Part shown: piece by piece, positions 25,410-30,397 of the stretch
Layout: the number at the start of each line of letters is the position of its first letter
Numbering within the stretch: position 1 is the first letter of the stretch
Virus record (IMG/VR): IMGVR_UViG_3300035392_000049
Span: 1-30,397 of that record
Strand: one strand, 5' to 3'
Source of the DNA: a virus
Taxonomy: Duplodnaviria > Caudoviricetes
DNA length: 30,397 nt
Position numbers and translations under genes: made by a program
Notes under the pieces: generated by a model
The model's database searches: none
What the model was told of the DNA's origin: nothing
What the model saw: only the letters and a program-made list of their open reading frames with translations

Positions 25410-27314
25410 ATGGATTTATTTAAACCTAAAATACATAAGAATACAAAAAATAAATCTTTCTTAGATATGCACTATTTACTAAAAGAAAAAGGAGTAAAGA
25501 ATAACTTATTTTTTTTAGTAATTTATAATGAAAGATTAATGAACATAGATCCTTTTAGTGATAAATTAACACCTCAAGATAAATTAGAGATAGAAATAGA
25601 AGTGAGGATGAATCCTTGGTATTTCTTTAGAGAAGTGTGCGTTATTCCTGAATCAGGAGGAGAAACTATGTTCAAATTACATTTAGGTAATTTAGCATTA
25701 ATTTTTTTATGTTTACAAAATTTTAATGTAATGGAAGTTCTTCCTAGACAGCACGGTAAATCTCATTCTACTGTAGCTATGATAGGTTATATTTATAGAT
25801 ATGTTACTAAAAATAGTGAAATAGTATTTGGTAATAAAAAACTAGAAGATGCTAAATTAAATTTAACGCGATATAAAGACCATACTCTCAAACTACCTAA
25901 ATATTTAGTTAAAGAAAGTAAAAAAGACCAATATAATCAATATTACATTAAATCCGATACAACTAAAAATTCTATTAAGATTATAGGTACAGCTGTAGAT
26001 GAAGATGGAGGTGATGCTTTAGGTAGGGGTTTGAACGTTCCAATATTATGGTTAGATGAGTTTGCTTTCATTAAATACAACTATAAGATATTTAATGCAG
26101 CAGCACCTGCAACTAGTCAAGCTAAAATTTCAGCAGAGTTAAATGGAGTACCTTCTTTTATTATATTAACAACTACTCCTAATAACAGAGATAGTGATAT
26201 TGGTGCTTATGCTATTAACAAGAAAGATGGAGCTTTAAAATTCTCATTAGATATGTTTGATATGTCTACTGAAGTATTAAAAGATTTAATTAAATATAAT
26301 AGTAATACTTTTTTTTATGTAGAGTTCAGTTACATTGAACTAGGTAGAGATGAAGAGTGGTTTAGAGAACAATGTCAGTTATTAGCTAATGAAAGAGATA
26401 TTAAAAGAGAAATATTATTAGATTGGCCTAATACATCTGATAGTTCAGTATTTGATGAAGAATATATTACTGAACTGTATAAACACATTAGTAATATTAC
26501 CACTACTAGAATAATTAAAGAAAAATATGTTTTTAATTTTATAAGAACATATGATATTATGAAACCTTATATATTAGGCATAGATGTTGCAGGGGGTTTA
26601 AGTTTGGATGCTTCTGCTATAGTAGTATTAGATCCTTCTGATTTAGAACCGGTTGGTTATTTTCATAATAATACTATAGGAGGGGAAGAACTTCTATCAG
26701 TTATAGAAGAGTTAGTAGATATGTATTTTCCTATGTCTTGTATAGCTATAGAATATTCACCTTTCACTACTCTATTTGTACAAAATATGATAAAAAATAC
26801 TAATCTAAAAAGTAAACTAGTGTATCATTATACAGATGATGCTACTAAAGAAACTGAAAAAAGTCTAAGAAATATTAATATGGAAGATAGCGCAAACATT
26901 CATAAGAGATATGGTATACCTATCAATAAAAATACAAGACCTGTTATGTTAGATATATTACAATATGAAGTATATAACAATCCTAGTTGTTTTAAAATAA
27001 AAGATTTAATAAAAGAGATAAGTGTATTAGAGTACGATAAAAGAGGTAAGATTGCAGCAGCTTCAGGTATGCACGATGACTTAATATTTGCTTATTTATA
27101 TGCTAGATATGCTTTAAGTAATATTCCTCATATAAATAGATTTATTAAATATTCTAATGATAGTACAATAAAATCTATGGAGAAAATTAGAAATGTTAGT
27201 AATAATTTTAAAGCTTATAATCATTTTGAAAATGTTATAGGTAGAGAAGTTAATCCTGATAAAAAACAATCTTTCTTACAGAGAGTAATAGCTTTGAATA
27301 ATTATAATAAGTAG
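25410..27314 (+). CDS. terL: Terminase large subunit, phiKZ/AR9-type
   Basis: N-terminal N.SFL.M...LK..GVKNN.FFL and NPWYFFREV, Walker A PRQHGKS, GRG, Walker B LWLDEFAF, TTT coupling motif, nuclease GIDVAGG ... HDD. Confidence 0.93.
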   Translation: MDLFKPKIHKNTKNKSFLDMHYLLKEKGVKNNLFFLVIYNERLMNIDPFSDKLTPQDKLEIEIEVRMNPWYFFREVCVIPESGGETMFKLHLGNLALIFLCLQNFNVMEVLPRQHGKSHSTVAMIGYIYRYVTKNSEIVFGNKKLEDAKLNLTRYKDHTLKLPKYLVKESKKDQYNQYYIKSDTTKNSIKIIGTAVDEDGGDALGRGLNVPILWLDEFAFIKYNYKIFNAAAPATSQAKISAELNGVPSFIILTTTPNNRDSDIGAYAINKKDGALKFSLDMFDMSTEVLKDLIKYNSNTFFYVEFSYIELGRDEEWFREQCQLLANERDIKREILLDWPNTSDSSVFDEEYITELYKHISNITTTRIIKEKYVFNFIRTYDIMKPYILGIDVAGGLSLDASAIVVLDPSDLEPVGYFHNNTIGGEELLSVIEELVDMYFPMSCIAIEYSPFTTLFVQNMIKNTNLKSKLVYHYTDDATKETEKSLRNINMEDSANIHKRYGIPINKNTRPVMLDILQYEVYNNPSCFKIKDLIKEISVLEYDKRGKIAAASGMHDDLIFAYLYARYALSNIPHINRFIKYSNDSTIKSMEKIRNVSNNFKAYNHFENVIGREVNPDKKQSFLQRVIALNNYNK

Positions 27315-27344
27315 TGTAAAGTTAAGAATAATAAATATATATTA
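27313..27344 (+). promoter_or_regulatory. Putative early promoter, AGTG-N16-AAATATATATTA
   Basis: Copy of the recurrent motif. Confidence 0.75.
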
Positions 27345-27373
27345 ATACTATAATTAACTTAAACTATAGGAAA

Positions 27374-27653
27374 ATGTTATGAGACATTTGTACTAATGTT
27401 ATTGACCAAATGTTAGAACATATACCATTAGACCAAACTGAACTAATAGAGAGATTAAAATGGTGTTTGAATGATGCTATTTATAGACCACCTGAAGATC
27501 AATTTATCTCTTTTAACTATACAATGGAGGCTTTACAGGAAAAATATTTTAGATATAAAAGAAGAATGGCATTTTAAAGTATTATCTATTTTTACTGATA
27601 AAACACTAGAAGAATATAAAGAGATGTATAATAATCATATAAATAGCAAATAA
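27374..27653 (+). pseudogene. Doubly disrupted small early gene
   Basis: One frame reads DICTNVIDQMLEHIPLDQTELIERLKWCLNDAIYRPPEDQ...ALQE, then an extra A in GAAAAAT near 27540 shifts to NILDIKEEWHFKVLSIFTDK...*. The start region is also broken. Confidence 0.55.
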
Positions 27654-27663
27654 ACTTATTTGT

Positions 27664-27690
27664 ACTAGAGGATGTTATATCCTCTAGTAT
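27664..27690 (+). terminator. Intrinsic terminator
   Basis: tactagaggat-gttat-atcctctagta plus T-run. Confidence 0.8.
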
Positions 27691-27707
27691 TTTTATTATT
27701 TTTTTTC

Positions 27708-27719
27708 AAATATATATTA
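27708..27719 (+). promoter_or_regulatory. Putative early promoter core for the Nudix-macro operon
   Basis: AAATATATATTA. Confidence 0.6.
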
Positions 27720-27753
27720 TAACTATAATAAGATTAATATAAGATAAATAAAA

Positions 27754-28182
27754 ATGATTACAACATACGGAATTTTTCTAGTAAATGAAAAGAATGAACT
27801 ACTAATTACACATCCTACAGGAATGAGTAAGAACTCTTGGTCTATTCCTAAAGGTCGAGCTGAAGATAATGAATTATTTATAGAAACTATACAAAGAGAA
27901 TTATATGAAGAAACTAATCTAAAAATTGATTTTACTAGTGATTATATAGTTTTACCTATTAGTGTATATAAAAGTAATAGAAAAAGATTATATAGTATTT
28001 TATATAGAGTAAATAGTGAAGACCATAAAGATGTAGAATTAAGATGTGATAGTATAGTAAAAGAGTTAAATATACCTGAGAACGATATTATAAAATGGTT
28101 AGACTTTAATAAATGTTATGACTTATTATTTGACTCTCAAGTTAAATTACTTAAATACATAAAAGAGAAGAAATTAATATGA
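27754..28182 (+). CDS. Nudix hydrolase
   Basis: WSIPKG-RAEDNE-LFIETIQ-RELYEETNL Nudix box (GX5EX7REUXEE). Confidence 0.9.
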   Translation: MITTYGIFLVNEKNELLITHPTGMSKNSWSIPKGRAEDNELFIETIQRELYEETNLKIDFTSDYIVLPISVYKSNRKRLYSILYRVNSEDHKDVELRCDSIVKELNIPENDIIKWLDFNKCYDLLFDSQVKLLKYIKEKKLI

Positions 28183-28460
28183 TTACATTACATAAGGTTA
28201 AAATATTTATAGATATATTTAAAAATACTAAAGTGTTTGATTATGAAATGTTAGATGATTTACAACATGAAGATGATATACTTATATATGGTACTAAGTA
28301 CTATTATGCTATGTTTAATATAATACGAGGTATATTTAAATTATTAGAAGGTGTTATTATCATACTATCTTTAGGTTTTATTATACCTAGATATAATTTA
28401 GGTTTGTGTAGAGTCTTTAGAAAATTTGAAAAATATATAAAAGAGAAGAATTTGTTATGA
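28179..28460 (+). CDS. Hypothetical protein with one possible membrane segment
   Basis: ATGA-coupled; hydrophobic LLEGVIIILSLGFII. Confidence 0.65.
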   Translation: MITLHKVKIFIDIFKNTKVFDYEMLDDLQHEDDILIYGTKYYYAMFNIIRGIFKLLEGVIIILSLGFIIPRYNLGLCRVFRKFEKYIKEKNLL

Positions 28461-28804
28461 TTAAAACTTTTATTGTTTCTAATGAAAATTATGATGTAGA
28501 TAAACTTAATGAAGTTATATGTAAATTTTTAAATATTGATACTATTCCTTATTTAGATACTAGATTTATATTCCATCCGAAAAATTTAGAAAAACTTATT
28601 ACAGGATTTAATAATAATCAAACACTAAATGTTTTACTATCTGATAATATTGTTGCATTAGATTATATAAATTATGAAGGTTGTTATATAATTGATATAG
28701 AGTATAATATCAAACCTTTACTAGAATACGAATTAGTAGTGAATATGTTATATGAAGGTTTAAACTTAAGTAGTTTATATTTAGCAGGTTATTTGAATAG
28801 GTGA
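28457..28804 (+). CDS. Hypothetical protein
   Basis: ATGA-coupled 115-aa ORF. Confidence 0.65.
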   Translation: MIKTFIVSNENYDVDKLNEVICKFLNIDTIPYLDTRFIFHPKNLEKLITGFNNNQTLNVLLSDNIVALDYINYEGCYIIDIEYNIKPLLEYELVVNMLYEGLNLSSLYLAGYLNR

Positions 28805-28808
28805 TACT

Positions 28809-29312
28809 ATGATTATAGAAACAAGAAATCAAGATATATTAAAATCTGATATTAATATTATTGCACATCAAGTTAATTGTGTTAGTAAAGGTTCTAGAGG
28901 TTTAGCTAGACAAATATTTGATAAGTATCCAAATTCTAATATTTATACTAAAGTTTCAAATAGAAACTTAGGTCAAGTTTACATAACATTTGAAGATGAT
29001 AGTAAACTAAAAATATTACATCTAACAGCTCAAATATATACAGGTAAACCTAGAGACGCTGATAGATATGTTGATAGATTAAAAGCGTTTAAAGAATGTA
29101 TATATTTATTAGAAAACAATCAAGGTATAAGTAGAGAATTTATAGGTTCTGATGTAATGAAAATAGAAACTCTTAGAAGATTTGATATTATAGATGGCGA
29201 TGTTGTAGGATTCCCATATGGTATTGGTTGTGGTTTAGCTGGTGGGAATTGGGATGATTACTATAAGATATTAGATGAATCTAAGTTAAAAATTATTTTA
29301 TTTAAAATTTAA
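28809..29312 (+). CDS. Macro-domain protein (Poa1/DarG-like subgroup)
   Basis: DIL....IIAHQVNC....GLA.QIF.KYP ... FPYGIGCGLAGGNW. Confidence 0.88.
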   Translation: MIIETRNQDILKSDINIIAHQVNCVSKGSRGLARQIFDKYPNSNIYTKVSNRNLGQVYITFEDDSKLKILHLTAQIYTGKPRDADRYVDRLKAFKECIYLLENNQGISREFIGSDVMKIETLRRFDIIDGDVVGFPYGIGCGLAGGNWDDYYKILDESKLKIILFKI

Positions 29313-29324
29313 ACAAAGGAAATT

Positions 29325-29558
29325 ATGTCAAATCATATTTGTTGGTTAATTACAATTTTATTAGATACTAATAATTTATATAGAATAGCCGTAAAAGTAA
29401 ATAGAGATAAACTTAACGGAGATTGTGCAGAATATCCTAGAGAACCTGAAAATGAAGAACAAATACTTAAAATACTACCAGAATATTATTCAAATCATTA
29501 TTCTATTAAAATATTAGAAGTACAAGAAATATTAGATATTGTCATTGTGAACTCTTAA
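29325..29558 (+). CDS. Hypothetical protein
   Basis: 77-aa ORF with AAGGA RBS. Confidence 0.65.
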   Translation: MSNHICWLITILLDTNNLYRIAVKVNRDKLNGDCAEYPREPENEEQILKILPEYYSNHYSIKILEVQEILDIVIVNS

Positions 29559-29582
29559 TTATAACAAATAAAGGAATAAAAT

Positions 29583-30397
29583 ATGTCAAACATTATTATT
29601 GATGACGATAATAAAGATTCAGAAGTAAATATTAATGATGAAGTACAAAGAGATTTTATTGCTAATATTATACAAGATGATAATATTGTAGATATTATCT
29701 TAAGGCAAATTGAAAATGATAATGAATTATCTAATATTGATTATTTAGAAGATTTATTAGAGAGAGTTGATGATTATAGAAAAAAATATAAAGATGATTT
29801 AGATTTAATTAATATTAGTAGAGTAAAAGAACAAGAAATATATATTCAAATTCTATCTAAGCTATTAGTAGAAAAATATAGTTTTCCAGAAGATGTATTA
29901 GAACAATATGATATTCCTAGTTCATTAAAGAATTTATTATTATATTCATATAAGACATTAGTATTAAATAGAAAAGAACTAATTGTTAACTTCTTAGAAA
30001 ATATTCTTATTAATAATATAAGTAGTTTTATTCCAGAAGAAGATGGAGAAAATGGTAATAACGAAGGTGATGAAGTTAAGAAATATGTGGATATGTTATT
30101 TAGAGAAAAGAAAATATCTGAAAGAACTCAAGGTTATATATTATTTCATTTAGATATGAATATTAGGTATATTCTAAACGAATATTTAGATAATTTAGAT
30201 GATAATTATAATCCATTAGAGTATATTATTTATGGTAAAGAAGATGAATATGAATATAATTTTATTGCTAATTATTTAGGAGATTATATAGGATATAGTT
30301 TTATTAGAGATTTCTGTAATCCTATATTACTAGATAATGAAACTAGTGAAATGTTAGAATCTAGTTTATATATTAACCTGTGTGAAAGGTTTACTAA
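29583..30397 (+). CDS. Acidic hypothetical protein, 3'-truncated by the window edge (not in the ORF track)
   Basis: AAGGA RBS, ATG 29583 (MSNIIIDDDNKDSEVNINDEVQRDF...); the frame appears open to the last base. Confidence 0.7.
   Translation, partial: MSNIIIDDDNKDSEVNINDEVQRDFIANIIQDDNIVDIILRQIENDNELSNIDYLEDLLERVDDYRKKYKDDLDLINISRVKEQEIYIQILSKLLVEKYSFPEDVLEQYDIPSSLKNLLLYSYKTLVLNRKELIVNFLENILINNISSFIPEEDGENGNNEGDEVKKYVDMLFREKKISERTQGYILFHLDMNIRYILNEYLDNLDDNYNPLEYIIYGKEDEYEYNFIANYLGDYIGYSFIRDFCNPILLDNETSEMLESSLYINLCERFT

Noticed and set aside
27374-27382. Stop-codon reassignment suggested by the in-frame TGA
   Set aside because: Long genes are intact under code 11, and TGA and TAG both end genes at tight junctions (ATGA overlaps).
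1-30397. tRNA, rRNA, CRISPR array, IS element, or inteins in terL/RNAP genes
   Set aside because: No cloverleaf, regularly spaced repeats, transposase or intein-sized insertions were seen.
1-30397. Host assignment
   Set aside because: Codon bias and the HU sequence are not sufficient to name a host without searches.

Overview
Very AT-rich DNA from a jumbo myophage of the phiKZ-related AR9/PBS1/phiR1-37 group. Family assignments come from motif recognition and recalled sequences, not database searches. The window encodes subunits of two multisubunit RNA polymerases: a virion-type beta' fragment (2072..3325) and a non-virion beta N-terminal subunit resembling Bacillus phage AR9 gp105 (15585..17051). 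It also carries the major capsid protein, an unsplit large terminase, baseplate/tail proteins, an HU-like protein, dUTPase, a double-domain ThyX, Nudix and macro-domain proteins, two HNH-AP2 endonucleases, many small genes and several decayed genes. The main observations are: (1) thymine-making enzymes in a lineage whose characterised members have uracil DNA and, in AR9, a uracil-reading polymerase; (2) a bipartite early-promoter motif, GTG-N16-AA(A/G)TATATATTA; (3) a late-type motif, AAC(A/T)-N6-TA, one copy of which lies inside a 22-bp hairpin just before the vRNAP gene; (4) a three-way-junction leader RNA before an HNH gene, flanked by a truncated helicase-like start and a cluster of hairpins. 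No tRNA, rRNA or CRISPR array was seen.
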